NCBI GenBank assembly: GCA_041391605.1
Contig: JAWKNQ010000008.1
Location: forward strand, 10,732-74,731
From: Bacteroidia bacterium
GTDB taxonomy: Bacteria > Bacteroidota > Bacteroidia > NS11-12g > UBA955
Reading direction: 5' to 3'
DNA length: 64,000 nucleotides
In this document: positions 10,508 through 22,538 of the stretch, one piece after another
Numbering within the stretch: position 1 is the first letter of the stretch
Layout: each line of letters begins with the position of its first letter
The notes under the pieces: generated by a model
Seen by the model: the letters and a program-made list of their open reading frames with translations, nothing else
Database searches by the model: none
Told to the model about the DNA's origin: nothing
Made by a program: the position numbers and the translations under genes

Positions 10508-10560
10508 TTTTTTGTATGCTCAAAATATTTGATTACTTTTGCCAATATTTAAGAAAAATC

Positions 10561-11562
10561 ATGGCCAAGGCTGCAAAAGTAAATTTTAATAAGGAAACTT
10601 ACCTCAAGTGGTACGAAATAATGTTATTGGTAAGAAAATTTGAGGAGAAATGTGCTCAGTTATATGGGCAACAAAAAATTAAAGGTTTCTGTCACCTATA
10701 TATAGGACAAGAGGCTATTGTTGCTGGAATGATAACTGCCACAACTAAAGATGACAAATTTATCACAGCATATCGCGACCATGGTCACGCCTTAGCACTA
10801 GGTGTTAGTCCTGATGCAGTTATGGCCGAACTCTATGGTAAAATCACTGGTTGTACAAAGGGAAAAGGTGGTAGCATGCATATGTTTAGCAAAGAACACA
10901 ACTTTATTGGAGGGCACGGAATTGTTGGAGCTCAAATACCAATGGGAGCTGGAATAGCATTAGCTGAACAATATAAAGGCACAAAAAATGTGTGTTTAAC
11001 TTTTATGGGAGATGGAGCTGTTAGACAAGGAGCCTTGCATGAAGCGTTTAATATGGCAATGTTGTGGAAACTTCCTGTTGTATTTATTTGTGAGAACAAC
11101 GATTATGCCATGGGAACATCTGTTGAAAGAACAACCAATGTAAAAGACATATACAAAATTGGTTCAGCATATGATATGCCTTCATTTCAAGTTGATGGCA
11201 TGAATTGTGAAACAGTTCACGATGCCATTTTTGAGGCATCAGAGAGAGCAAGAAAAGGTGAAGGACCAACATTTTTAGAAATTAAAACATACAGATATCG
11301 TGGACATAGTATGAGTGATCCAGCTTCATACCGCTCAAAGGAAGAAGTGGAGCATTATAAAACTCTTGACCCATTAGAAACATCAAAAGCGACAATATTG
11401 AAGCAGAAGTTCGCCACAGAGGCTGAGCTAGAAGCAATGGAAGACCAAATATTAGAGCGAGTTGCTAAGTCGGTTGAATTTGCCGAGAATTCAGATTATC
11501 CTGACCCATCTGAACTCTATACAGATGTGTATGAAGGAAATTATCCTTACATTATGGATTAA
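10561..11562 (+). CDS. pdhA: pyruvate dehydrogenase E1 component, alpha subunit
   Basis: Motifs present: GFCHLYIGQEA, YRDHGH, GKGGSMH, and the TPP-binding GDGA...NN..AMGT. I prefer the ATG at 10561 (MAKAAKVNF) over the track start at 10516. Confidence 0.9.
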   Translation: MAKAAKVNFNKETYLKWYEIMLLVRKFEEKCAQLYGQQKIKGFCHLYIGQEAIVAGMITATTKDDKFITAYRDHGHALALGVSPDAVMAELYGKITGCTKGKGGSMHMFSKEHNFIGGHGIVGAQIPMGAGIALAEQYKGTKNVCLTFMGDGAVRQGALHEAFNMAMLWKLPVVFICENNDYAMGTSVERTTNVKDIYKIGSAYDMPSFQVDGMNCETVHDAIFEASERARKGEGPTFLEIKTYRYRGHSMSDPASYRSKEEVEHYKTLDPLETSKATILKQKFATEAELEAMEDQILERVAKSVEFAENSDYPDPSELYTDVYEGNYPYIMD

Positions 11563-11610
11563 TCATAAAAAGTATTATTTTCGCAGCCCTTTTCATTAAA
11601 TTAAATACAA

Positions 11611-12324
11611 ATGAGCGACAACGAAATCATTGAAAACGAAGAACAAGAAGACTATATTGAACAAGAAGAAACCGAGTCTGGTCCTTCCAGTTTTAATCTT
11701 TTTGTAGATGGTATAAAAAAATGGCTTAATTCACAGAATAAAGCTTTGGTATACGGTTTAACATTTGTTATTGTTGCTGTTATAGCATATTTATCATATC
11801 AATACTTTTATAAAATGCCTCTAGAAAAAGAAGCTTTAGGTGCTATTTACATCACACAAGAAAACTTTGATAACGATTCATTTGCATTGGTTGTTAAGGA
11901 TGCTCCTAAATTAGCAGAAAAATACAGTGGCACTAAATCTGGAGAATTAGCTTCATATATGGCTGGAGCTTCTTATTTAAACTTGGGAAATTACACCAAA
12001 GCTATTGAATACTTAAAGGATGTTGATTTTGATGATCAAATCATGAAATACCAAGCAACAGGTTTACTTGGAGATGCCTACATAGAGAATAAAAACTTAG
12101 ACGAAGGGTTAAAAAACTATTTGAAAGCTGCCAAGAATGCAAAAACAGATTTTTCTGAAGTTTGGTGGTACAAAAAAGCAGCTCGCGTATACGAAAAGAA
12201 GGGTGACTGGAAAAATGCACTTGATGTGTACGAAAAACTCAAAAAAGACCATAAAGACGTTGAAGGCACTCAGGATATAGATAAATATATCACTAGAGCT
12301 AAAGCTAAACTTGGAGAATATTAA
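11611..12324 (+). CDS. membrane-anchored tetratricopeptide-repeat protein
   Basis: 237-aa ORF with an acidic N-terminus, one TM helix and TPR-like repeats (GNYTKAIEYL, GDWKNALDVYEKL). It has the conserved position upstream of ribH. Confidence 0.6.
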   Translation: MSDNEIIENEEQEDYIEQEETESGPSSFNLFVDGIKKWLNSQNKALVYGLTFVIVAVIAYLSYQYFYKMPLEKEALGAIYITQENFDNDSFALVVKDAPKLAEKYSGTKSGELASYMAGASYLNLGNYTKAIEYLKDVDFDDQIMKYQATGLLGDAYIENKNLDEGLKNYLKAAKNAKTDFSEVWWYKKAARVYEKKGDWKNALDVYEKLKKDHKDVEGTQDIDKYITRAKAKLGEY

Positions 12325-12326
12325 AA

Positions 12327-12800
12327 ATGGCTACTCGTTTCGATAATTCGAACAATGAGTCTATTGAAGACATTCCGAATGCCGAAGACAAAATCTTTGG
12401 CATTGTGGTTTCTGAATGGAATTCTGATATTACAAATGCATTACTAGATGGATGTCTTGAAAAACTAACGTTGGCAAAAGCAAAACCTGAGAACATTAAA
12501 ATAACATATGTACCAGGTAGTTTTGAATTGCCATTTGGAGCTCAACAATCTATCGTCAAAAACAAACCAAATGCAGTAATTTGTCTTGGTTGTGTCATAA
12601 AAGGGGAAACTCCTCATTTTGATTTTATTTCCCAAGCTGTTGCAAATGGCATAATGAATTTAGGCCTGCAACACCACGTACCAGTAGTGTTTGGAGTATT
12701 AACAACCAACACTTTAGAGCAAGCTCAAGCACGAAGTGGTGGAAAACATGGGAATAAAGGACACGAGGCAGGAATAACCGCCTTAAAAACAATGACTTAG
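12327..12800 (+). CDS. ribH: 6,7-dimethyl-8-ribityllumazine synthase
   Basis: 157-aa ORF with VPGSFELP, LGCVIKGETPHFDFI and GVLT..T.EQA..R. Confidence 0.92.
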   Translation: MATRFDNSNNESIEDIPNAEDKIFGIVVSEWNSDITNALLDGCLEKLTLAKAKPENIKITYVPGSFELPFGAQQSIVKNKPNAVICLGCVIKGETPHFDFISQAVANGIMNLGLQHHVPVVFGVLTTNTLEQAQARSGGKHGNKGHEAGITALKTMT

Positions 12801-12939
12801 AACATGTATTTCATTGTTTTGTATCATAACCTGTAAATTATTTGTCAAATTATTTCAATTTTATTGTGCAATTCTTTGAAATGTATTATAAAAAAATTAG
12901 TTTTGGGTCCTAATTATTAAATTTTAATTGCAACGCATT

Positions 12940-15900
12940 ATGAAAAAAATCTACAAACAATTTCTCTATTTATTCATATTTTTCTTCTTAGGAAGTTCAA
13001 ATTTGTTTAGTCAAATCAATTTAGCGCCTTCTGCAACACCTACATGCACTACAACTCAAGGTGGAACAACTAGTGGTGGAGGTTGGAATTGGACCCAAAT
13101 CAATGATGGTGTAAATTCAGCTTGCAACACACAAGAAGCTTTTATTTGGACCCAAAATCCTCCGGCAAGTACAGATGAAATGGTATGGACTTGGACTTCA
13201 GTTAAAAGCATTAACAAAATAGTGTTTCACAATGCTAATGCTACCTCAAGAAATATGACTGGATGCGATGTTTACTATTGGAATGGGTCAACATATGCGT
13301 ATTGGGCAACTATTGCAATTAAACAACAATGCTTAGATTCTGCAACTTTTGCCACTGTGACAACTAGTCGACTTAAGTTAACTAATATCAGGATGACTGG
13401 AACAGGTCAAACTTCTAATCCTAATTGGAGAGAGATTCAAATTATAAGTGGACCTAGTGTAAACCATGATGCAGGTGTTGCTGGCACTACAGATTTCAAT
13501 TTATGTAACAATTCTCAACCTTTAACGGCAAGAATTTTTAATTTTGGAAAAATTAAAATTGATAGTGTTGATCTTAATTGGTCTTTGAATGGCAACTTGC
13601 AAAGTCCAATTAAAGTTTACGCAAATTTAGCATCTGCTAAAGACACCACAATTGTGATTAATCCAAATTTTTCATTCACGAATAGCACAACATACAATTT
13701 TAAATTTTGGACAAGTTTACCTAATGGCAATTTAGATTCAATAGATGCAAATGATACATTGAACTATGTTCTTAATTTTATGGGTAATCCAACTCCTCCC
13801 ACTACCAACAGTTATACCCAATGTGGTAATGGAAGACCTACTCTCAGTGCAACACCAAACAATTCAGCTGATTCAGTTTTGTGGTATGAACAAAGTTCTG
13901 GAGGTCCAATTTTAGGTATTGGAAAATCAATTCAGGACCTTTTATCACTGCCACTAAAACCTTTTATGCAATAAGCATTAAAACTAGGTAATACATCAAG
14001 GCTTTTTAACCACATTTGGAGGAACAACTCCATTGAGTAATGACATTTCAAATGCAAATGGAGCAATGTTTGATGTTGATGTCATTAATTCAACCAATTT
14101 AGATAGCTTAACTTTTAAGTTAAACCCCAATTTCAATAACGGTAGTAATACCGACTTCCGATTCTATTATAAAACTGGAACACATCAAGGCTTTGAAACA
14201 AATGCAAGTGCATGGACTTTTTAATTAACAGCGGAAAAATAGATTATTTCACAAATGGTGGTAATCAATTTGCTCGAATTGCTGCTAATAACTTATTCTT
14301 AACAGGTGGTCAAAAATATGGATTCTATTACACAACTGATGTTGTGAACGGCACTGGTGGGGACATCATGCTTCAAAATGGGGGTTGTAACTGCAACGAA
14401 CTCAGATGCAACAGTTTCTGGAAGAATTTGTATTTATGGACTATTTGGAACTCAAGGCACATATACAACCTGGTCTGCAAACGTTGAATTATTACTTAAA
14501 AAGCAATGCACAAATCCTACAAGGGTTCCTTTGGTGGTTACTGTTAATCCTCGACCAATCGGAGCCGATGTAGTCAAAGGTTCAACATTCGAAGGTCAAT
14601 TTAGGGTCGGCGATGTTACCACTCCAGACATTACTGAAGTTGGAAATACCATCATTTATGAGTTAGCTCCTCCAACAGGTTTTTCATACAACGACCATGC
14701 GAGTACTTGGGTAATTAATGGTGTACAAGCTACTACCCGTTATGGAGCTGTAGTAGACCCTGCAGATTATACGGTAGCCTATCCTTTCAATGGATCTGCA
14801 GCCACTATTACTTATGTGCCTCAAACAAAATACTTAGATAGCTTTATCACATTTGCACTAACATATTCTGATTTAGGTCCACATTATTGTGATTCTACGG
14901 TTACAAGAACTGTTGTTATTGCCCCAACACCTTGGCCTGACTTCAAATTCCCTTCATCTATCTGTTTAGGTGACGTGATTCTTTTTGATAATACAACTGT
15001 TATTCATTCTGGCAATGCAAACTACATGTGGTATTTCGGTGATGGTGATAGTTCTGACTCTAAATCACCTGTGCATGAGTATAAAAATACTGGTGTATAT
15101 CAAGTAAAACTTGTAGCTACAAGTTTCCCTTGGAATGTCGTGCACGACACTACTATTCAAGTGGAAGTAGGTGAAGTGCCAACTACTCGATTTAGAGCAA
15201 ACAATAAATGTGAAGGTATTGCGGTTAATTTCCAAAACCAAACAACAATTGGAAATGGTGTATTAACTTACGATTGGGATTTTGGTGACAATTCTCCTCA
15301 TAGTACTGCAACTAATCCTTCTCACTTATATGCTGCTCCTGGTGGTTATAAAGTAACACTTACTGCATCTGCTAATGGATGTGTGTCTAAATTGGTTAAG
15401 AATGCTTATACATTCGCTAGACCTGTTCCAAACTTCGCAGCACCTTTAGCTCCTGTTTGTGCTAAATCAGAAGTATCTATGCCAAATACGTCTACTATCG
15501 CTCTTGGTTCTCAAGGTGCTTACTGGTCATTTGGTGATGGTGGCAACTCTACATTATTTGATGGTAATCATACGTATGAAACTCCAGGTACTTATGCTGT
15601 TAAATTATTAGCAGTGTCTGAATTTGATTGCAGAGACTCTATCACTAAGAATGTTACAATTAAACCTACTCCTAATCCAGAGTTCTCTGGTGACCAATTC
15701 TGTGGTAAGATCCCTACTGTATTTACCAATACAACTTTCGAAGTCCTACCTAACCCAGTTTATACTTGGAACTTTAGTGATGGATTTAATTCAACTCAGA
15801 AAAACATAACTCGTACATGGCCGTATGAAGGTCCATTTAACGTTAGTCTGAAAGCTGAATACAGCAACGGTTGTGTCGCTACTGAATCTAAAGTAGTTAC

Positions 15901-16648
15901 TGTTCTTATCCAACCTCAAGCTGATTTCACTGTTCAAGACATTTGCTCTGGTGAAAATGCAAACTTTGTTAACTTGTCTAAAGGTGATATCGGTAATATT
16001 CAATACAATTGGGACTTCGGAAATGGAACGAATAGCACATTAGGAACTCCAATCCGTTTGTACAACCCAACAACAACTACTACATATACAGTTTCACTAG
16101 TAGCTTCTTATATCGGTGGATGTAGCGATACAACTAGCAAAACAATTACTGTTAGTGAAGCTCCAATTTGCGACTTTAACTACAAAGAATTAGGATTCAA
16201 CGAAGCGAGCTTCACCCCTAGCAACAGCTCTTATTCTAAATACGAGTGGTTCTTTGGTGAAGGTGGAACTTCTTTACAAACTAGTCCTACTTACCAATAC
16301 TTATACAGTGGCAACTTTAACGTAACCATGAAAGCGACTAACGCTGCAGGTTGCGATTGTGAAATCACTAAACGTATCAGTGCTACTACTGGAATTGAAA
16401 CAATCGCTAACAACAATGGTGTTCGCATCTACCCAAATCCAAACAGTGGAACATTCAATGTGACCAACGAGGCGAATAACCCAATGTCAATTGAAGTATT
16501 CAATGTAATTGGTGAGAAAGTATTTGCTAAGAATACCAATGAAGGAAGCACAACAATCCAATTGAACAATCATGCAAAAGGTATTTACATGGTAAAAGTT
16601 ACTATTAACGGTGTAACTTCAACTAGTAAGATTACCGTTACAAACTAA
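12940..16648 (+). pseudogene. large secreted PKD-repeat adhesin with T9SS C-terminal sorting domain, frame-disrupted as assembled
   Basis: Track pieces 12928-13974, 14033-14224, 14212-14487 and 14357-16648 alternate between two frames and read as one protein. It has a signal peptide (MKKIYKQFLYLFIFFFLGSSNLFSQ), at least 6 PKD-like repeats (W.FGDG..S....P.H.Y...G.Y.V.L), and the CTD IYPNPNSGTFNV...GIYMVKVTINGVTSTSKITVTN. There are at least 3 frame changes between about 13.93 and 14.49 kb. Confidence 0.8.
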
Positions 16649-16680
16649 TTGTTTAACATAATATAAAATAAAAGGTGAAA

Positions 16681-16712
16681 AGGTCTCTGCTTCGGTAGAG
16701 ACCTTTTTTTTT
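16681..16712 (+). terminator. rho-independent terminator
   Basis: AGGTCTCTGC-TTCG-GTAGAGACCT stem-loop followed by a T9 run, about 30 nt after the adhesin stop. Confidence 0.85.
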
Positions 16713-16763
16713 GCACTCAACTATTGTTTTCATACTTGGTATTATATTTGAACCTTCAATAAC

Positions 16764-17243
16764 ATGAAATACATTCCACTGCTTCTGCTTTCATTACTTG
16801 TTTTGTCATTTGAATGTGTCAAAGACAAAAATCGCGATTTTAAAGTCTTGAAGACGGAGAAACAAGTTATTTATGGTGGATTACCTGGCAGTCCCGTTGT
16901 TGCCCATTACAGCATTCAAGTAAAAGCACGGAGAGATTTTCAAATTGAATTAGACAGTGGATGGGCTGATGGAAAAATAGATCAATTATTTGTTTCAATA
17001 GACAGCTTTCACTCCGACACGAAAGCGGAGTTAAAAAAAGGCGAAATTGTCAATTTGTATTTTGATATAAAAACTGAATCAGAAATTGGAGGTGGAGATT
17101 ATCAATACAAAGTTCCTGGAAGTTTGGATGCCAAGCCACCGATTGAACTAAAAAAAGGTATTCTAATAAGATATTCAGGAGGAAAACATAAATACCTCAC
17201 AATCAATGATATTTCTATCTTAGAACCTATTTTTGGGCAATAA
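16764..17243 (+). CDS. hypothetical secreted protein
   Basis: 159-aa ORF with an N-terminal signal peptide (MKYIPLLLLSLLVLSFEC). I recognise no family. Confidence 0.5.
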   Translation: MKYIPLLLLSLLVLSFECVKDKNRDFKVLKTEKQVIYGGLPGSPVVAHYSIQVKARRDFQIELDSGWADGKIDQLFVSIDSFHSDTKAELKKGEIVNLYFDIKTESEIGGGDYQYKVPGSLDAKPPIELKKGILIRYSGGKHKYLTINDISILEPIFGQ

Positions 17244-17350
17244 AAACTGCTGGGAAGAGGAATGAGAATAAAGCAATCAAAATATTTTGGAAGTATTATT
17301 TGCAAATACCATAAAAAGCCCTAATTTTGCAGTCCAAATTTTTTTAAAGC

Positions 17351-17662
17351 ATGTACGCTATTGTAGAGATTGCTGGCAAGCAGTTCAAAGTTGAAAAAGA
17401 CAAATATATTTACACCCACCGATTAAGCGGGGATGAGGGATCATCTATTACTTTTGATAAAGTGATGTTGCTTGATAACAGTGGTAAAATATCTGTAGGA
17501 CTGCCTAGCATAAAAGGAGCTTCTGTTACTGGTAAAGTAATGGAGCATTTAAAAGACGACAAAATCATCGTTTTTAAGAAAAAACGTAGAAAAGGTTATA
17601 AAAAGAAAAATGGCCACAGACAGTATTTGTCTAAGGTATTAATCGAATCCATTAACGCATAA
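17351..17662 (+). CDS. rplU: 50S ribosomal protein L21
   Basis: [21 protein letters not shown]...KVLIESINA, a typical L21. Confidence 0.93.
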   Translation: MYAIVEIAGKQFKVEKDKYIYTHRLSGDEGSSITFDKVMLLDNSGKISVGLPSIKGASVTGKVMEHLKDDKIIVFKKKRRKGYKKKNGHRQYLSKVLIESINA

Positions 17663-17676
17663 TTCAAATTTAGGAA

Positions 17677-17936
17677 ATGGCACACAAAAAAGGAGCAGAA
17701 GTTCGAAAAACGGACGTGAATCGCATAGTAAGAGACTTGGCGTAAAAATTTACGGCGGACAAGTTATTAAAGCGGGAAATATCATCGTAAGACAAAGAGG
17801 TACTAAACACCACCCTTCAGAAAATGTAGGAATTGGTAAAGACCACACTCTTTTCGCTCTTACTGACGGTATTGTAAAATTCAATAAATCAAAAAATAAC
17901 AGATCATTTGTTTCAGTTGTTAAAGCTGAAGCATAA
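17677..17936 (+). pseudogene. rpmA: 50S ribosomal protein L27, reading frame broken by a 1-nt deletion as assembled (probable sequence error)
   Basis: Not in the ORF track. ATG at 17677 gives MAHKKGA, then the frame is lost. The +1 frame from about 17698 reads [63 protein letters not shown]...AEA*. GCAGAAGTTCG should be GCAGGAAGTTCG (GG collapsed to G). The 260-nt length becomes 261 nt (86 aa plus stop) after repair. Confidence 0.9.
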
Positions 17937-17947
17937 ATATACCGACT

Positions 17948-18217
17948 ATGCATTTATCATCACAAGAGAAAAAAGATATTTTTAAGAAATTCGGTGGCTC
18001 AGAAAGCAACACGGGTTCTACTGAAGCTCAAATTGCGTTATTCACCGAAAGAATCAATTTTATCACTGGACACTTGAAACAATATCCTAAAGATTTTGCT
18101 TCTGAGTTAAGCCTTGTAAAATTGGTAGGTAAAAGAAGAGCATTTTTAGACTACTTAGCTAAAAAAGATATCTTCAAATACCGTGACCTTATCAAAGCCT
18201 TAGGCATCAGAAAGTAA
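17948..18217 (+). CDS. rpsO: 30S ribosomal protein S15
   Basis: 89-aa ORF with GSTEAQIALFTERINFITGHLK..PKD and LVKLVGKRRAFLDYL. Confidence 0.93.
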   Translation: MHLSSQEKKDIFKKFGGSESNTGSTEAQIALFTERINFITGHLKQYPKDFASELSLVKLVGKRRAFLDYLAKKDIFKYRDLIKALGIRK

Positions 18218-18246
18218 TTCGCTTACTTTAAACATTTTATAAAAAA

Positions 18247-18272
18247 GCCCCCGATTTTCGTGGGCTTTTTTT
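18247..18272 (+). terminator. rho-independent terminator after rpsO
   Basis: GCCCCCGATTTTCGTGGGC hairpin followed by a T7 run. Confidence 0.7.
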
Positions 18273-18313
18273 GCTTTTTGAAAAGTAAGTTTTAAAGAAA
18301 AATAATTAATTAT

Positions 18314-20470
18314 ATGTCAAATAAACCTCAAGGATTCCGTAGTTCCATCGATATGGGTAACGGTAAATCCATCGAAATTGAAACAGGTATATTAGCCAAA
18401 CAAGCAAACGGAAGTGTAGTTCTTAAATATGGTGATACCATGATTTTAGCTACTGTCGTTTCCAACAAAGAGGCTAAAGAAAACGTGGACTTTCTTCCAC
18501 TATCTGTAGATTATCAAGAAAAATTCGCGGCTGTTGGTAGAATACCCGGTAGTTTCCACAGACGTGAAGCAAGATTAACCGACTACGAAATCCTTATTTC
18601 TAGAATCGTTGATAGAGCATTACGCCCGCTTTTCCCTGAAGACTACCACGCTGATACTCAAGTTGCACTGATGTTGATGAGTAGTGACACAAACTTCCCA
18701 CCTGATTGCCTTGTTGGTCTTGCGGCCTCTTCTGCTCTTATGGTAAGTGATATTCCCTTCCAAGGACCAATATCAGAAGTACGCGTGGCTAAAATCGACG
18801 GCCAACTCGTTATAAACCCTACTGAACCTGAACTCTTAAAAGCTAGTATGGAACTTATTGTTTCTGGTACGGCTAAAGATATTAATATGGTTGAAGGTGA
18901 ATGCGACGAGGTTAGTGAAGCCGATATGGTTGAAGCCATCAAATTTGCACATGAAGCCATTAAGCGTCAATGTCAAATGCAATGGGACCTTTGTGAACAA
19001 ATGGGTGGTAGAAAACCTACTCGTGAATACAACCATGAGAAAAAAGATGAAGAACTCAGAAAAACCATCTGGGATTTAACATACGATAAAGTTTATGCTG
19101 TAGCTAAAAGTGGTGCTCCTAAATCAGAAAGAAGCCAGAACTTTAAAGCCATCATAGACGAATATCTAGAAACCCTCTCTGAAGATGAATTGAAAGAGAA
19201 AGAATTCTTAGCTAAAAAATACTACCATGAAGTAGAAAAAGAAGCTATGAGAAAAATGATACTTGATGAAAGTATTCGTTTAGACGGTAGAGCTCTTGAT
19301 GAAGTTCGTCCAATATGGACTGAAGTTGGATATTTACCAGCTGCTCACGGTTCTGCTGTTTTCTCTCGTGGAGAAACTCAATCTGTTACAACTATTACCT
19401 TAGGTGGTAAATTAGATGAACAATTGCTAGATGCCCCTATGCTTTCTGGTTATAGCCGTCTAATGTTGCACTACAATTTCCCTGCGTATTCAACAGGTGA
19501 AGTAAGACCAAATCGCGGACCAGGACGAAGAGAAATAGGTCACGGTAACTTAGCGCTTAGAGGTATTCGAAAAGCATTGCCTAACGCTGAAGAAAACCCA
19601 TACGTTATTCGTATAGTAAGTGATATCTTAGAATCAAACGGTTCGAGTAGTATGGCAACTGTTTGTGCAGCTAGTTTAGCACTTATGGATGCAGGTATTA
19701 AAGTAAAAAGTGGTGTGAGTGGTGTTGCTATGGGATTGATAAGCGACGAGTCTACTGGAAAATACAAGATCCTTACTGATATCCTTGGCGACGAGGACCA
19801 TCTTGGAGATATGGATTTCAAAGTGGTTGGAACCGATAAAGGTATTACCGCTTGCCAAATGGACATCAAAATAAACGGTTTGAGATGGGAAATGCTTGAA
19901 GAAGCTCTCGACCAAGCGAAAAGAGGTAGAGCTCATATCTTAAACGAAATGAACAAAACCATTAATCAACCAAATACTGATTACAAACCAAATGCGCCTA
20001 GAATTGAGCGTTTAACAATTGACAAAGATCAAATTGGTGCAGTTATTGGACCTGGAGGAAAAGTAATTCAAGGTATTCAAAAAGATACAGGAGCTACAAT
20101 TTCAATTACAGAAGTAGATAACCTTGGTATTGTTGAAATCCTTTCAAGTAACGCTGAAAACATGAATGCTGCCCTTAAAATCATTAAAGGAATAGTTGCT
20201 GTTCCTGAAGTGGGTGAAGTATATGAAGGAAAAGTAAGAAGCATAGTTGAATTTGGTGCTTTCATTGAAATTCTGCCAGGTAAAGACGGTTTATTGCATA
20301 TCAGTGAAATCGACTGGAAGCGTATTCCAAAAATGGAAGGTGTATTCAAAGAAGGAGAAACTGTTAAAGTAAAACTTGTTGAGATAGATAAGAAAACGGG
20401 TAAACTTAGATTGTCGAGGAAGGTATTGCTACCTAAACCAGAACAAGAAGAAAGTAAACCACAAGCATAA
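18314..20470 (+). CDS. pnp: polyribonucleotide nucleotidyltransferase (PNPase)
   Basis: 718-aa ORF with two RNase PH domains, a KH domain ([10 protein letters not shown]) and S1 ([32 protein letters not shown]). Confidence 0.95.
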   Translation: MSNKPQGFRSSIDMGNGKSIEIETGILAKQANGSVVLKYGDTMILATVVSNKEAKENVDFLPLSVDYQEKFAAVGRIPGSFHRREARLTDYEILISRIVDRALRPLFPEDYHADTQVALMLMSSDTNFPPDCLVGLAASSALMVSDIPFQGPISEVRVAKIDGQLVINPTEPELLKASMELIVSGTAKDINMVEGECDEVSEADMVEAIKFAHEAIKRQCQMQWDLCEQMGGRKPTREYNHEKKDEELRKTIWDLTYDKVYAVAKSGAPKSERSQNFKAIIDEYLETLSEDELKEKEFLAKKYYHEVEKEAMRKMILDESIRLDGRALDEVRPIWTEVGYLPAAHGSAVFSRGETQSVTTITLGGKLDEQLLDAPMLSGYSRLMLHYNFPAYSTGEVRPNRGPGRREIGHGNLALRGIRKALPNAEENPYVIRIVSDILESNGSSSMATVCAASLALMDAGIKVKSGVSGVAMGLISDESTGKYKILTDILGDEDHLGDMDFKVVGTDKGITACQMDIKINGLRWEMLEEALDQAKRGRAHILNEMNKTINQPNTDYKPNAPRIERLTIDKDQIGAVIGPGGKVIQGIQKDTGATISITEVDNLGIVEILSSNAENMNAALKIIKGIVAVPEVGEVYEGKVRSIVEFGAFIEILPGKDGLLHISEIDWKRIPKMEGVFKEGETVKVKLVEIDKKTGKLRLSRKVLLPKPEQEESKPQA

Positions 20471-20475
20471 TTTTA

Positions 20476-20502
20476 AAAACCCGCCTTTCAGCGGGTTTTT
20501 TT
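20476..20502 (+). terminator. rho-independent terminator after pnp
   Basis: AAACCCGC-CTTTCA-GCGGGTTT hairpin followed by a T run. Confidence 0.85.
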
Positions 20503-20524
20503 ATAACTAATATTAAATAGCTAC

Positions 20525-20940
20525 TTCTTCGAAAGAGCATTTCGGTTCTCTTTAAGCATTTTCCTTTCAGCATTCGTCTCTGGCTAATAAGATTCTGCTT
20601 TTTGTTTTCATTTTCTTTTGGTGTTGCGTAAAATCTCGAACATAATGCTTTTAAGTTTATTTCTCCGCTTTTGCAACGGGCCGCACTATCTTTTCTTTTG
20701 GTAAAGAAAAGATGGCAAAAGAAAACCTTGCACCTGCATGCATTGTTAGGCAGAGCCTTGCCACGATGTTCGGTAAATCGACCCTATTGAGCCGATCTCC
20801 GCTATCCAGCGGAGCTGTCTCATTGGGTCCCTGATTTCCTCGAACACCGCGTCACCGCAATTCATGAATAGGTGCCGTGTCCTATTCAGCTTTATCGTTT
20901 AGCTCAAAAATCCCATATTCATTCGTTTTCAAAAAGATCA
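20525..20940. repeat. ~416-bp noncoding structured repeat, copy A (tandem with copy B)
   Basis: It begins TTCTTCGAAAGAGCAT, and the same string restarts at 20941, giving a 416-bp period. The GC-rich core at 20662-20885 is nearly identical to those of copies B and C. No ORF of 60 aa or more on either strand. Confidence 0.9.
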
Positions 20941-21353
20941 TTCTTCGAAAGAGCATCTCGATTCTCTTTAAGCGTTTTCCTTATAACATTCGTCTCTGGC
21001 GAATGAAATTCTGCTTTTGTTTTCTTCTTCTTACATTGTTCCGTTGAATTTCAAGCTTAGAACTTCTAACATATTCTCTCCGCTTGTGCAGCGGGCCGCA
21101 CTATCTTTTCTTTTGGCAAAGAAAAGTTAGCAAAAGAAAACCTTGCACCTGCATGCATTGTTAGGCAGAGCCTTACCACGATGTTCGGTAAATCGACCCT
21201 ATTGAGCCGATCTCCGCTATCCAGCGAAGCTGTATCATTGGGTCCCCGATTTACTCGAACACCGCGTCACCACAATCCATGAACAGGTGCTTTGTCTTAT
21301 CCATCATTATTTTTCAGTTCAAAATTCAGTTAGTCATTCATTTTCATTGATGA
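20941..21353. repeat. ~416-bp noncoding structured repeat, copy B
   Basis: Direct tandem repeat of copy A, with its core at about 21077-21296. The flanks are more diverged than the core. Confidence 0.9.
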
Positions 21354-21443
21354 TAATTCGGCTTGGATATATAAATGAGTATTAAAAAACAGATTTAGTG
21401 AAAAGTAAGATAACAAATACTAATTTATTCTTATTTTAGCAGT

Positions 21444-21920
21444 ATGAAAATCCTGAAACTATTTGCATTCATTCTTATTTGCTCTCCATTTTTGTTCTCA
21501 TGCAAAAAGAAAACTGATAAACCCAAAGGTGACCAAATTCATGTTGCCTACAACCAAGACGGTGTTCAAAAAGATTACAGACCACCTTTATACGGTTTGT
21601 CGTGGGACAATCTAGCTGTAAGTTTTCAATTTCATCGTTCTTTTGATTACAATGAAAGTTTTATATTCAGATTATACAAAAGAATTGAAACGGGTAAAAC
21701 CTACACAATTGATAGAAACACATGGTCGCAAATTAATATTTCTTATGAAGACAGTTCTGAAAACTACTATAGACTAAGTGAAGGCGAGTTCTATTTAAGC
21801 GAAAAAGACTCATTGAGTTATTTATACAAAGGAACTTTTTCTGGTCTATTTATTGAAGAAAATGACTTAGATAGTTTCTACGCTAAAAACGGAGAGTTCT
21901 ATTTCAAAAAAACCTTTTAG
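21444..21920 (+). CDS. hypothetical lipoprotein
   Basis: 158-aa ORF with a lipobox-like FLFSCKKK. Confidence 0.55.
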   Translation: MKILKLFAFILICSPFLFSCKKKTDKPKGDQIHVAYNQDGVQKDYRPPLYGLSWDNLAVSFQFHRSFDYNESFIFRLYKRIETGKTYTIDRNTWSQINISYEDSSENYYRLSEGEFYLSEKDSLSYLYKGTFSGLFIEENDLDSFYAKNGEFYFKKTF

Positions 21921-21968
21921 TGATTATACAAGTTCTTTTGCTAAATATTGGTAATATTGTAATTCGAT

Positions 21969-22538
21969 TTGAATAAAGTAATCATTTTTTCAGCACCCTC
22001 TGGAAGCGGTAAAACGACTGTGGTTAATCACCTCTTGTCGATTATTCCTGAACTGGGTTTCTCTGTTTCCGCCACCACCCGCAAGCCGCGTGCAAATGAA
22101 ACCAATGGCAAGGAATACTATTTTTTAGAAACAGAAGATTTTAAACAGAAAATTAAAGACAATGCCTTCCTTGAACACGAAGAAGTGTACAATGGTATTC
22201 TTTATGGAACCCTAAACAGTGAAGTTGAGCGCCTATGGGCTGAAGGCAAAACCGTTATATTCGATGTGGATGTGGTTGGAGGAGTTCACATCAAGGAAAA
22301 ATTTGGCGATAATGCCCTTTCAATCTTCCTTCGTCCTCCTAGCATTGAAATTCTAATGGACCGTTTGCGTAAACGCAGTACTGAAGTGGAACACCAATTG
22401 CAAATGCGTATTGATAAAGCGAAACACGAATTGAAATTTGAAAATAAATACGACATTGTTCTAGTAAACGACAAACTTGAAGAAACGCTTGAAAAAGCTG
22501 AATCTATTGTTAACTCTTTTATTCACAAAAACACATGA
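21969..22538 (+). CDS. gmk: guanylate kinase
   Basis: TTG start. It has the P-loop SAPSGSGKTT and SATTRKPR..E..G.EYYF. Confidence 0.92.
   Translation: MNKVIIFSAPSGSGKTTVVNHLLSIIPELGFSVSATTRKPRANETNGKEYYFLETEDFKQKIKDNAFLEHEEVYNGILYGTLNSEVERLWAEGKTVIFDVDVVGGVHIKEKFGDNALSIFLRPPSIEILMDRLRKRSTEVEHQLQMRIDKAKHELKFENKYDIVLVNDKLEETLEKAESIVNSFIHKNT

Noticed and set aside
18658-19869. Antisense or out-of-frame ORFs of 60-127 aa inside well-supported genes. Examples are 18658-18960 and 19540-19869 in pnp, 25349-25615 in ABC-F, 30378-30761 in the MBL-rhodanese gene, 5525-5773 in floA and 17750-17953 across rpmA.
   Set aside because: They are fully embedded in genes with strong homology-type signatures on the other strand or frame. 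Their low-complexity composition is typical of shadow ORFs.
20525-21353. The GC-rich structured repeat as an rRNA or tRNA fragment, RNase P, tmRNA, SRP/6S RNA or group II intron. A GTGCG string occurs on the reverse strand, and a GAGCCG...hairpin is reminiscent of domain V.
   Set aside because: No universal RNase P (GAGGAAAGTCC) or tmRNA (GGGGCTGA...TCCACCA) landmarks are present. The would-be domain V lacks the complementary 3' strand (ATCGGYTC) and a GNRA loop. At about 416 bp with no ORF, the element is too small for an intron, and the sequence upstream of GTGCG is conserved as part of the repeat.
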